Assembly (NCBI GenBank): GCA_951406725.2
Contig: OX597832.1
Coordinates: 40,238,001-40,302,000, forward strand
Origin: Octopus vulgaris
Lineage: Eukaryota
Direction of reading: 5' to 3'
DNA length: 64,000 nt
In this document: in pieces, positions 12,979 to 25,900 of the stretch
Layout: each line of letters starts with the position of its first letter
Position numbering within the stretch: the first letter of the stretch is position 1
Notes under the pieces: generated by a model
What the model was told of the DNA's origin: nothing
Seen by the model: the letters and a program-made list of their open reading frames with translations, nothing else
The model's database searches: none
Program-made: the position numbers and the translations under genes

Positions 12979-14395
12979 GTAAGTAACTATATGTATATGT
13001 ATGTATGTATCTATTTGTAGGTGTTGGGGCATATCTATTTTTGCTTCAGTTATTCAAGAACAACTTTCATTTTTAATATTATCCTTAAGCCTATTTATTG
13101 TTAATAATTCCTGACACTTCAAGTGTTATACTCTTATAGTAAGAATACCACAAGATTTGAAATTCAGTGTTTATATATGTATAAGGTAAAGTTGAGGTGA
13201 ATGGCATTCATCTATTCAATACTTATCAAAATACCACAGAATACTTTGGTTTAGGGAGGCAATTCCAGAGTGCATTGACCAGTATTGACCAGTCAAAAAA
13301 TATTCACTCTCATCTCCCCTACACATATAAGACATAAAGTAAGCATTTCATATACACTCTGGTGAATTCAAAACAAACACAACTGGTCTTGTAAGTGCCA
13401 TCATCTAAATGAACACACCTGCACACACACGTATAATTTTGTACACGTGCAAGTGTGGCTGTGTGATGGAAGTTTGCTTCCCAACCACATGGTTCTGGGT
13501 TCAATCCCACTGCATGGCACTTTCAGCAAGTGTCTTCTACTGTAGCTCCCACCTGACCAAAGCTCTGTGAAAGAAGCCCATCAATGCATAAAGCCTGGTA
13601 CTTATTCTAATCAGTCTCTTTTATGAAACTGCTAAGTTACAGGGACGTATACACACCAATGCCAGTTGACAAGCAATGGTGAAGGACAGACACTCACACA
13701 CATATGTATGGATAGATAGATATATATGACAGGTTTTCAGCGTCTGTCTAACAAATCCACTCACAAGGCTTTGGTTAGCCTTTGGTTGATGCTGATGAAC
13801 AACTGTTGAAGGATCACTGTTTAGTTCTTCTGTGACTTATCATTATTTTACATGAACCCATTTCTATAATAGCCTTTAATTGGTCGTTAATTGTAGAAGA
13901 TTGTCCACAAGGCTTTGGTTGATTCTGATGACTTTTGTCATCCTGTGATGGGTTGTTTTAATCCACTTATGGAACGAATCACTATATCACTCTATTGACA
14001 TGATTCATCAGTGTTTGTCGGGTGGGGAAGCCCTTATCTAATTCTGTTTGGGTGTGTGTCAAAATAACCAGGGTAGTTTTCCTGTATTGTATCAGTAATC
14101 TTAAAGGAAACTCTGACTGCCTTTATTCTCCTTATTGAAAAACTTGTTATAAACTCCTACGGCTTCTTGAAGGTCCCTTCATTACAATAACTTATGCCCA
14201 GTGACATCTTTTTGTCTTTCCTCCCCTCCCTTATTATCAGTTTTCTAGTATCTCATAACCTCTCAAGGCAACTTTCCAACGTAGTATTCCTCTCCTGTTC
14301 TCCCATTTATATTAGACATTTCTACTTATCTACACGTTAATGTTTAATGCAAGAGTGCTCACTGCTTCTTTCTTTTTGTACGTGTGTTTTTGTAG

Positions 14396-14500
14396 CCTAA
14401 AACTGAAAACTCAGCTCCCACTACTCCTGAGGAGGAAGAAGAGGAAGAGGAAGAGGTACCTCCTCCAATTACTACCAGACCTGATAAAACAAAATCTATT
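14396..14500 (+). CDS. PAK1: PAK acidic tract plus PIX/Cool SH3-binding motif exon
   Basis: tgtag|CCT...ATT|gtaagt; PKTENSAPTTPEEEEEEEEEVPPPITTRPDKTKSI resembles PAK1 PPPVIAPRPEHTKSV. Confidence 0.92.
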
Positions 14501-14739
14501 GTAAGTATTACCCGGGTGGCTTGTATACTTTTGATGATATGAAACAGAGATGGTGTAAAGCAGTGCTATGCAACCAGTATGCTGTGGCACACTGGTGTGC
14601 CACAACACAATCCTACATGTGACTTATCATTATTCTACATGAACCCATTTCTATAATAGCCTTTAATTGGTCGTTAATTGTAGAAGATTGTCCACAACCT
14701 TCCTCAGTTCTCACTATGAAATTTTTACAACTTAGCATC

Positions 14740-15456
14740 AAGCAGTATGGTCATCACAGATCCTCCTCCATGTTTAACAGTTGGAAGAAGGCAGTCTGGA
14801 TCAAATGCTTCTTTTGGCTGTCTCCACACGTATATTCGGCCAGTGGTCGGAAGTAAAACAAAGGATGACTCATTCAAGAAAATAACATTCTTCCACTGCT
14901 CTAGGGACCAATTCTGTAGGTTTTTACTCCACTCTAAACACTTTGCAACGTTTGATTTTGAAAGTAGTGGTTTTCTGATTGCAGCCCTCTCATGAAATCC
15001 AGCTTTGTGCAGCTCCCAGTGAACAGTTTTTGTGGAAACTGGGTTCTCGAGGTGGTCATTAAGCTCTGCAGTAATTTTGGGAGCTGTAGTTTTGTGATCC
15101 TTTCTAACAATTCACATAAGAGTCTGATAGTCCCTATCTGAAAGTTTTTGGGAGGGTTCTATGAGGAGGTTTTTTCCTTTTTCTCAAAGGCTGTCATTAC
15201 TTTCAAGACAGTACTTCTTGATGCACCAAAAATTTCAGCTGCTTTCGTTATACTAGCGCCTGCCATATGAGCACAAACTATTTGACCTATTTGAATGTCC
15301 AACAGATCTGTCATTTTAATGAATTTTAATTACCTTTCTCTGATGATATCTGAAAAGCAACAGCAATTTTAGCAAAACATATTAAGCAACGCTAATAATA
15401 AACGAAAAAACATAAATTATGATGCTAAGTGTTTCCGTTATTTTGTCCAACCCCTG
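14740..15456 (-). mobile_element. Tc1-like transposon, 5' half, decayed
   Basis: Terminus CAGGGGTTGGACAAAATAACGGAAAC at 15456; MTDLLDIQIGQIVCAHMAGASITKAAEIFGASRSTVLKV from 15314; WKNVIF..ESSF and PTVKHGGGSVM remnants; stops present. Confidence 0.85.
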
Positions 15457-15488
15457 CATATAAATATATGTATGTATATCCTTTCCAG

Positions 15489-15664
15489 TATACTAAACCA
15501 ATTGAGCCTGAAGACAAGACCAATGGTGCTACACAAGGTGGTCAGAAGGAGAAGCCGAAGAAGAAGAAGATGAGTGATGAAGAAATTGTAGAAAAACTGC
15601 GGACCATAGTAACTATAGGAGACCCAAATAGGAAATATACAAAAATGGAAAAAATTGGTCAAGG
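15489..15664 (+). CDS. PAK1: PAK exon, pre-kinase region and start of Gly-rich loop
   Basis: ttccag|TAT...GG|gtaagt; [35 protein letters not shown]. Confidence 0.96.
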
Positions 15665-16911
15665 GTAAGTTCTATCTGCCGCCACCACATCAATTTCAGC
15701 ACCTTCATTATAGTTAAGAGTGTCGTGTTTATAAACACTATCATAACATCATCATCATCATCACCATTGTAGCCAAAACATCTTAGTTGGTGGTGACTTC
15801 TCTGAGTTAATAAGGTCAAAATAATATTGAAATATGTCCAGTGTTGTCTTCCATACTTATCAGGAAAATTAAAACAATATTCATCCTTGATTAATATTGT
15901 TTCCCCACCCCTCACTGATATAATTCATAATACTCATTGTCATCTCCATTTGACATCCTCTTCTCCATGCTTGCATGGGTCAGATGGAATTTGTTGAGGC
16001 AGCTATTTTTATAGTTGGGTGCCCTTCCTGTTGCCAACCTTCACTCGTTTTTGAAGCAAGGTAATACTTCCCTACAGTCAGGTGTGTTTTTCATGGATGA
16101 CTAGAAATTAACAACACTACTTACAACCATCACATGATGTCTTGGCAAGGGAACACACAAACATGTACCTTATACATATACTTAAATGCATACTTACACA
16201 CACACACACAATGGGTTTCTTTCAGGTGCCATGTAGTGGGATTATTAAACCCAAGACCAAATGGTTAGGAAGCAAGCATCTAAACCTCACAACCACACCT
16301 GTGCTCTCAAGGTGTTATTCTATTTGCTGCTGCCCTCAGCACCACATCACTAATAGTCAACACCTCCATTATAATAGTGACGTGTTTGTAAATGCTACCA
16401 TGTCACCATCATGATCATCATCATGTTTTATTTTTCATACTCTCTGTATTGAATAGTTTGGCTCTAACTAACCTTTGAAATATAGCAATGGTAGAATATG
16501 TACCAGTAATATACTGTAGTCAGTGTCAACATCTATATCTCTTATGTTGGTTTCAATTTAATAGCAATTTAATGATCATAGACCCTGCCTACTCTCTGGC
16601 ATTCTAATTGTTGTATCCTCTGTTTCTCAAATGCAAAAGTGTCTCATTTTAAAGAGTCCATATTTTAATTAAAACCTTTGGTTATAGCTTTAAAAACACT
16701 TTATTAGTTTTGTAAAAAGATTTCATTAGTTCATGTTACAAAGACTGTAGGAAAGTCATTTTACTAAATTTTTTAACATTTTCAATTATTTCCAAAATTA
16801 ATTAAAACATTCTATAGAACTATTGACAATGAAAGTATTAAAGTTATTTAAATTTCTAAAATTATTTTTTCATGTTGCTGTATTATTATTTTTATTTCGT
16901 TTTACTTTCAG

Positions 16912-17098
16912 TGCGTCAGGAACTGTTTTTATTGCTATAGAAATTGCAACTGGTCGGGAAGTTGCTATTAAAACAATGAATCTTTCTCAGCAGCCGAAAA
17001 AAGAACTTATTATCAATGAAATCCTCGTTATGAGGGAAAACCAAAATCCAAATATTGTAAACTATTTGGATAGCTATTTGGTTGGTGAAGAGTTGTGG
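16912..17098 (+). CDS. PAK1: PAK kinase exon (VAIK lysine, helix C)
   Basis: tttcag|T...TGG|gtaagt; [62 protein letters not shown]. Confidence 0.97.
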
Positions 17099-17227
17099 GT
17101 AAGTTATTTCGTTTTATGGAACTATGTCTGTTGTTTATACGTCCCTGTATTACTTTTCTATACAAAGTAAATTGTGTCTTGAGACACCTGTACTAAGCTG
17201 TTACCAAATGATTCTTTATATCCACAG

Positions 17228-17320
17228 GTGGTGATGGAATATCTTGCTGGGGGTTCATTAACAGACGTTGTCACAGAAACCTGTATGGACGAAGGTCAAA
17301 TAGCAGCTGTCGGACGAGAG
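17228..17320 (+). CDS. PAK1: PAK kinase exon (hinge)
   Basis: ccacag|GTG...GAG|gtaagt; [31 protein letters not shown]. Confidence 0.97.
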
Positions 17321-17752
17321 GTAAGTAGTCAAGAGTTCACTGACTGTTTTGCTTTATTACTTATACACTATAGATCTTCATGCACACACTAACAATATAC
17401 ACCACTGTTGTTTATCATTTTATGGGATTCATATTCTGTGTCTCTGTCTTTCACACCATCACATACACAGTCTCTCTCTCACCTTTACTGTATATGTCTG
17501 TGTAATGTTACAGAATATATGTATTTCGTTTGTCTACTCATTCGTGTATATATACACACACACACACACACATAATCATCAGCAGCATTTAATGTCTGTT
17601 TTCCATGCTGGCATGGGTTGGGCAGCTTGACAAAGAACTGGCAAGGCCAGGGCCCACACCTATTGTTTGATAATTGCCAATGCACAAAACTCTCAGCCCT
17701 TTGTCAGTCAGTTGTTTCTATTAAATATTAATAAAAAATATACATCTACATA

Positions 17753-18133
17753 GGCGCAGGAGTGGCTGTGTGGTAAGTGGGTTCAGTCCCACTGCGTGGC
17801 ACCATTGGGCAAGTATCTTCTACTATAGCCTCAGGCCGACCAAAGCCTTGTGAGTGGATTTGGTAGACGGAAACTGAAAGAAGCCCGTCGTATATATGTA
17901 TATATATATGTCTGTATGTGTTTGTATGTGTCCTCCTAGCATTGCTTGATAACCGATGCTGGTGTGTTTATGTCCCCGTCACTTAGCGGTTCGGCAAAAG
18001 AGACCGATAAAATAAGTACTGGGCTTACAAAGAATAAGTCCCGGGGTCGATTTGCTCGACTAAAGGCGGTGCTCCAGCATGGCCGCAGTCAACTGACTGA
18101 AACAAGTAAAAGAGTAAAAGAAAGAGTAAAGAG
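17753..18133 (+). mobile_element. tRNA-derived SINE family A, near full length
   Basis: Same head, internal (TA/TG) tract and GTAAAAGA tail as 13-403. Confidence 0.85.
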
Positions 18134-18298
18134 TATATACTCATATTTAGAGTTCTAGTCTTCCTGTCTGCATCACCATACCCATAAGACACACACTATG
18201 TTTGCTTGTGTATAAGTCATTGTATTTTATGCTGAATTTTAAATGAAATTAAGAAGAACATAATTATCCTATAATTGCCATTTTCTCTTCATTTCTAG

Positions 18299-18475
<177 letters not shown>

Positions 18476-19493
18476 TGATGAAGGAATTCGTTGATAACCT
18501 AATTTATATTTTGATCATTTTCATTGACATTAGCTATATTGTCTTGGAAAATATATATCTCTTGTTATTCTACTTGCACTGAGCAAAAAAATGTTGAGAA
18601 ACAGTGATCTAGAAGTTAGTAGCCATAATAAAGAATATACACTAACACAACAGATAACTCCTTTTCCATTTGGCACAAGGCCTGCAATTTTGTGAGGGTG
18701 GGCTCATCAATTACATCATCCCCAGTGCTCAACTGGTGCTTATTTCATCCAAAAAGGATGAAAGACAATCAAAGTACCGCTAGGCATTTTGTCCTGCATG
18801 CTAACAATTCTGCCAGCCTTTATAATAATTAGATCAAGGAATTTTGTTGGTTTCAAATTTTGGCACAAGGCTAGCAGGTTTGGGGAATGGGGCTAAGTCC
18901 ATTACATCAACCCCAGTGTTCCCCTGGTACTTATTTTATCAACACCGATAGGATGAAAAGCAAAGTCAACTGCAGTGGAATTTGAACTCTGAACATAAAG
19001 AAAGATGAAGTGCCTCTCAGCATTTCGTCCAGCACACTAACGATTCTGACCATTCACCTCCTTGTAGGCTAAGAGAGTAAAGAGTAAAGACCCCCTTCGG
19101 TCATGAATGACCATGAGATTGCACCTAGAAAGTTACCCTCTGAGACACAAGTCCAGGGAAGGTTGTTTATGGATAACCCGGCAGTCACCCAGGCATACCA
19201 GCCTCCCTCCTCCATGCCACCAATGTTATCCAAGGGAAAGGCAAAGGGCAATACAGCTTGGCACCAGTGACATCACAATTCATTTCTACAGATGAGTGAA
19301 CTGGAACAATGTGAAATAAAGTGACGTGCTTAAGAACACAACATTCAACTCAGTCTGAGAATCGAACTCACTACTTCATGATTATGAGCCTGACACTCTA
19401 ACCACTGAGCCATGCACCTTCAAACCTTAGTAATAACACTATCAATAAAAACAAATTTGTAAGAACGCAAAATGTTTTGTTTATTTGTACTAA

Positions 19494-19628
<135 letters not shown>

Positions 19629-20795
19629 TGAGTGAAGTCCTTTTTCTTTTTTTCATTTATAATCTCTGTTCTATGAATAGATGAAGTCAATTGTATTTTT
19701 AAACAACACAATAGATAATTCCATGAAAACAGCACAGTTGATTATTATCATTATCATCATCATCATCATCATTCACTGTCCACTTTTTCATGCTTGCTTT
19801 TGGCCAGGCAGAATTTGTTGAGTCAGATTTTTTTCTGTGGCCAGATGCTCTTCCTGTCACCAACACTCACCTCTTTCTTGACAAGGTAATATTTCCCCAC
19901 TACTAGACACGTTTTTCACAGAAGACTGGAAATAAACTACATTGTTTGTAAGATGGTGATGTTAGTTTACAACCATCTTGTGAGGTCCCACAAGGGTACT
20001 CACAAACACAGGCATGCACACACACACACACACATCATCATCATCATCGTCATTTAACGTCCATTGTCCATGCTGGCATGGGTTGGACGGTGTGACCAGA
20101 GCTGGCAAATCAGGGGACTGCATCAGACCCCAGTCGGTTTTTGCATGGGTTTTACAGCTTGAAGCCCTTCCTAACACCAACCACTTCACAGAGTGTGCTG
20201 GATGTTTTTACATGGCACCACCCAGGTGCTTTTACATATCCACTGTACTGTTGGGCAGTGGGGGTCACTGACAGGCTGAATTAACTTACAAGTAAAACCT
20301 ATGAAACAAGTCATCATCATCATCATTTAACGTCCGCTTTCCATGCTAGCATGGGTTGGACGATTTGATTGAAGTCTACCGAACCAGATGGCTGCACCAG
20401 ACTCCAATCATGATTTGGCAGAGCTTCTACAGCTGGATGCCTTTCCTAACACCGACCAGTCCAAGAGTGTAGTGGGTGCTTTTTACGTGCCACCGGCACG
20501 GGGGCCAGTCAGGCGGTACTGTTAACGACCTCGCTCGAATGTTTTTTCATGTGCCAGTAAGGTGACGCTGGTAACGATCACGCTCGAATGGTGCCTTTTA
20601 CATGCCACTGGCACGAAACATTGCACTCATATTAAGCAACTGTATACCTACTTTTGCCTACCCGCTTTGTATATATATATATTTATATCCACACTCATCT
20701 TATGTATATTTAAGCTACATGGACAATTTATTGCTCAAAAATTGATGTGATATCAATGTTTAATAATAATTTTTTTCTTCTTCTTCCTTATCCAG

Positions 20796-20895
20796 AAAAC
20801 AATACGGTCCAAAAGTTGATATTTGGAGTTTAGGGATAATGGCTATTGAAATGATTGAAGGAGAACCACCTTATTTGAATGAAAATCCTTTAAGA
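20796..20895 (+). CDS. PAK1: PAK kinase exon
   Basis: atccag|A...AGA|gtgagt; [33 protein letters not shown]. Confidence 0.97.
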
Positions 20896-21898
20896 GTGAG
20901 TTATTCAGCTATTTATTTGTGTGTATGTTAAGATTGGTATTTACAGGACATAATGATAAAGTTACTGGATTATCATCACATGGGGTCAAGAGTTCAAATT
21001 CTGTTGCAGCTTTATTGTGTGTGTCTGAGTTTTTACATTTCATAACGGCAGTGGCAGATGCTGTTGTTGACAAAATGGTACATGGAAGACCCATTCAGCA
21101 TATATCAATATGAATAAATATACACATTAAAAACATTGATAATGGCGATGGTGGCATTGGTGGTGACACCCAGTAAAATATGTGATGGAAAGTTAATAAC
21201 CAAGGGAGATAATTCAATTTTTTCATCTCTTTTACTCTTTTCAAGTCATTTGACTGTGGCCAGGCTGGAGCACCGCCTTTAGCCACGCAAATCGACCCCA
21301 AGACTTATTCTTTGTAAGCCTAGTACTTATTCTATCAATCTCTTTTGCCAAACCGCTAAGTTACGGGAACGTAAACACACCACCATCGGTTGTCAAGCAT
21401 TTAATGTCCGCTTTCCATGCTAGCATGGGTTGGACGATTTGACTGAGGTCTAGCAAACTAGATGGCTGCACCAGAATCGAATCTGATCTGGCAGAGAATC
21501 TACAGTTGGATGCCCTCCCTAACGCCAACCACTCCGAGAGTGTAGTGGGTGCTTTTACACGCCACCGGCACGAGGGCCAGTCAAGTGGTACTGGCAACGG
21601 CCATGCTCAAATGGTGCTTTTTATGTACCACCTGCACAGGAGCCAGTCCAGCGGCACTGGCAACGACCTCGCTCGAATGTTTTTTCACGTGCCACCAGCA
21701 CAAGTGCCCTGTATGTATAATTGTGTGTGTGTATTTGTAAGTGTATGAATATCTATTCAGCAATGTGTGTATATTTATCAGTGTATGTATATTTATATGC
21801 GTATTTATCAGAGTGCATATTCAATTTATTCCTTTTTCTTTCTACTGTCACTTCTCTGTGTATCCAGCTTAACATTTCTACCGTTGTTCCATTCCCAG

Positions 21899-22036
21899 GC
21901 ACTGTACTTAATAGCAACAAATGGTAAACCAGAAATCAAAGAGAAACACAAGTTGTCACCGGTCTTCCAGGATTTCTTGGACAAATGTTTGGAGGTTGAT
22001 GTTGATAAACGGGCATCAGCATCAGAATTACTTAAG
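21899..22036 (+). CDS. PAK1: PAK kinase exon
   Basis: cccag|GCA...AAG|gtaaca; [46 protein letters not shown]. Confidence 0.96.
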
Positions 22037-22149
22037 GTAACATCACCTTTATCTAATTATTTCCCCCTCACATCACCCCTCCTGACCCTTTTATACCAGC
22101 ACTGCCAGTATGTTCCAGACCTTGTTTATATATATATGTAATCATCAAA

Positions 22150-22375
22150 GGTGGCGAATTGGCAGAAACGTTAGCACACCAGGCGAAATGCGCAGCCGTA
22201 TTTCATCTGCCGTTACGTTGTGAGTTCAAATTCCGCTGAGGTCGACTTTGCATTTCATCCTTTCGGGGTCGATAAATTAAGTACCATTTACGCACTGGGG
22301 TCGATATACTCGACTTAATCCCTTTGTCTGTCCTTGTTTGTCCCCTCTGTTTAGCCCCTTGAGGGTAATAAATAA
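22150..22375 (+). mobile_element. tRNA-derived SINE family B
   Basis: Homologous to 56151-56381; flanked by repeated TATATATGTAATCATCA. Confidence 0.85.
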
Positions 22376-22866
22376 ATATATATGTAATCATCATCATTTA
22401 ACAGCTACTATCCATGTTGACATGGGTTGGATGGCTTGACCAGAGCTGGCAAGGCTAGGGGCTGCACCACGTTCCATAGTCTGTTTTGGGTTTGGTTTCT
22501 ACAGCTGGAGGCCTCTCCTAATGCCAACCACTCCACAGGGTGTACTGGTAAGGCCAGCGGATGCACCAGGCTCCATTGTCTGTTTTGGCATGGTTTCTAT
22601 GGCTTGATGCCTCTCCTAATGCCAACCACTCCACAGGGTGTACTGGGTGCATTTTACGTGGCACCTTGGTTTTAGGATCTCAATTCTGTTGTGGTGGTCA
22701 GCTCTTCTTGCACTACATATCTCAGCCCTCCTTGTTCGACAGGCCTGTGACTAAAATCAACAACAGTAAAAAAAGTTGTTTATGTATACATTTTTTTATC
22801 ATGTTTTTCAATATATTTTGGTATTTCCCTTTTTTCTATCGCCATTCTTTTCCGATTCCGTTGCAG

Positions 22867-22950
22867 CATTCTTTCCTCCGTCTAGCCAAGCCACTGGCTA
22901 GTCTAGTGCCACTAATAATGGCTGCAAAAGAAGCACAGAAAACACATTGA
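22867..22950 (+). CDS. PAK1: PAK last coding exon
   Basis: ttgcag|CAT...TGA; HSFLRLAKPLASLVPLIMAAKEAQKTH* matches the group I PAK C-terminus. Confidence 0.96.
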   Translation, partial: HSFLRLAKPLASLVPLIMAAKEAQKTH

Positions 22951-25900
22951 GAGAACATGTTATAAATTATGGAATTACAATCCAGTGGTAAGTTGGTTTT
23001 ATTTAGTCTTTTGACTGTGGCCATACTGGGGCACCACCTTGAAAGGTTTCATTGACCAAATCAATCCCAGTATTTATTTAAAATTTGTAGTACTTATTCT
23101 GTTGGCCTTCCTTTGCCAAACTGCTAAAGTTACAAGAACACAAACAAACCAGTGTCGGTTGTTAAGCTGTGATAGACAAATACAAAAACAACACATACAT
23201 ACATGTGTGTGTGTGTGTGTATACACACATATAAACATTGGGCTTCCACACAGTTTCCATCTATCAAATTTACTCATAAGGCATTGGTTGACTCAGGGCT
23301 ACATTAGAAGTCATTTGCCCCAAGGTGTTATGCAATAAAACAAACTTGGAACTGCATGGTTGCAAAGAGAACCATGCCTGCACTTCATTATCATCATCCT
23401 CACCATTTAGCTTCTGCTTTCCGTGCTGGCTTAGGTTAGATGGTTTGACTTGAACTGATAAGTTGGGGAGCTGCACCAGGTTCCAGTCTGAGTTGGCATG
23501 GTTTCTACAGCTGGACAACCCTTCCTAACATCAACCACTCCAAGAGTGTAATGGATGCGATTTACATGACACCAGCAACAGCCACAACCATGGTTTCACG
23601 GGTGCCATTTACATGGACGAATCTTCTCAAGCACCATATGTCGCCAAAGGTCTCGACCACTCGTCATCACCTCCATGGGGCCCAACATTCGAAGACCATG
23701 CTACCAGCAATGGCCAGGACTACAATTTCATGGGTGTCATTTACATGACACCAGCAACTGCCACAACTGATTATTTCAAAAATTTTTATATCTGTTAATT
23801 CCACTGCAAACTCCTTATTTAGTATTCATCCGGCAGTATTTTATTCTTCATGACTTACTTCTGTACATTGCTCTTCCTCTGGTGTAACATGACAGTGTCC
23901 TTCTCCATGAGATGAGGTCACTGAGAATTCATTCTTGCAAAAACCAACAGTGAAGCCTGGTGCAGTCTTGCTTGCCAGCTTTGTCAAACCATTCAAGCCA
24001 TACCAGTATGGAAAACTGATGTTAAATGATGGTGGTGGTGGCAGCGGTGGCGGCCATCTATAAGAAAAATTTCATTTTAATTTCAATTGGCTGCGATTGA
24101 GATGCATTTGATCACACTGCACCAGGAATCTGTCTCCTATTATCTATATAGTAGGTTTTCAATTTCATTTTGTATGTCCCTTCCAATAACACATTGTTAT
24201 TGACTGGTCTTCGTCTTGTATTAGGATAAAGAAGACTCCAGAATATATCTTCCAATATGATTTGGTGTTCCACCTGACAGCATGGTCAGGAAATCTTCCT
24301 TGCATTAAATAGTAATAGCAGAGAAATGTAATGTGTTCATAAATCTCCTCTTGTACCATGAGATGTTTCGAGAAAAATGTAAGCTCGGGTCCAGATGTTT
24401 ACTACTGAGTGAACTCCACTAAAAGCCTCAATGTCCTGATAGTACTTTTTTTTTGTAATATTTTTGTTGTTTTTGTAAAATCTCAGAAAATAATTAAAAA
24501 TTCACATTTTTTGTCAAATTATTTAGCTATTTTGTTACATATGGAAATATATTACATGCATGCACATATATCAATACAAGAACATGGTATATTTGTATAT
24601 AAACTAAAAACAGACTTTAACAAGCATACTAAACTGACATGTTTTTTTTTTCGTTTTATACCATTTCATCAGTTTTTTCTTTTTCTTTCTCTCTCATTTT
24701 CCACAGACATGACAGTAAAGGAAATATAACAGAAGACATAGAATGATAAAGTGCGTACCTTTGCTGTGTGCTTGGTTGTTGTGTTCTGGCCACTCCACGG
24801 GACTGTTTTACTCCCCTTCCTCAACACATCACACATACAGCAACACAAAATATGGAGATGTGTTCACTTCAAATGTAACATCTTAGCCACATCTACAATA
24901 TATATGCTGGTATTTGCTTTTGTTCTCTTCCAGTGGAAAGAAGACTACACACACATACACATACATTCTTAACACCTTCATAGATGGCATATACATACAC
25001 ATACAATAAACAATAATTATATAGTGCTACTTCACATTTCTATCTCTTCTTCATCACCTCATGACAGACACAAACACACTCACATGCATACTTTTGAGAG
25101 GAGTTAGAAATATATTTTTTTTCTATACGGTAAACTGAATGACTTGTGACAACAACTCAAGTTTCATGCTCGAGAGAAGATATTTGGTTTGGTTTACACT
25201 AGAGCCTCCCCACCTGCTTCAAAGTCTGAGTTATTGCCCCTGCCACAATATTTTCACTTATTCGCAGATACTGTGTTTTGTGATTTTTTTTTTCTTAAAA
25301 TTACCACCAGCCATTTTGTGGTATGCATTAAGATAAGCTGATGATTGAAGGTGAGCAGGTTCTAGATTAACCCGAACCAAGTAAATTTTTTTCACTTGAA
25401 CATGAAACTTGAGTTGTTTTCAGAACTCACACACACACATACATATATATATATACACACACATTACATATTTATCATACATACATTATATATACATTAG
25501 TATAGTAGTTTTCTTCTATCTTGCTCCTTTGTTTTATTTCTATGTCATTTTTATATTTAGTTATTCATTTTTTTTATTCTTGTCACAAACTCAAATCAAT
25601 TTTAGCAGATAACAAAGTCACATCTGCTGGTCATCTTTATAAGATGTTCTTCTGATCATGCAATTTGAAATCATCTTCACTGACTAGATACCAGGTCTAA
25701 GATAGTTTTCTTCAGTTGTTTTCTTTTTATTTACACTGCCAGGGTTTTTTTTTTTTTTTTTTTTTTTTGAAATTTCACTATTACAATTATTCCTCTCGCG
25801 ATTTCCAATTTCCACTCGAAGAAACGAACAGTCTCAAAACAAAACAATTTAGTGATGCCAAAATTTATTTAAAATACAAATGACACGATAATGTGAATAG

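Noticed and set aside
21868-21898. Alternative upstream acceptor (tatccag) for a PAK kinase exon
   Set aside because: Adds 31 nt and shifts the frame; no support from sequence alone
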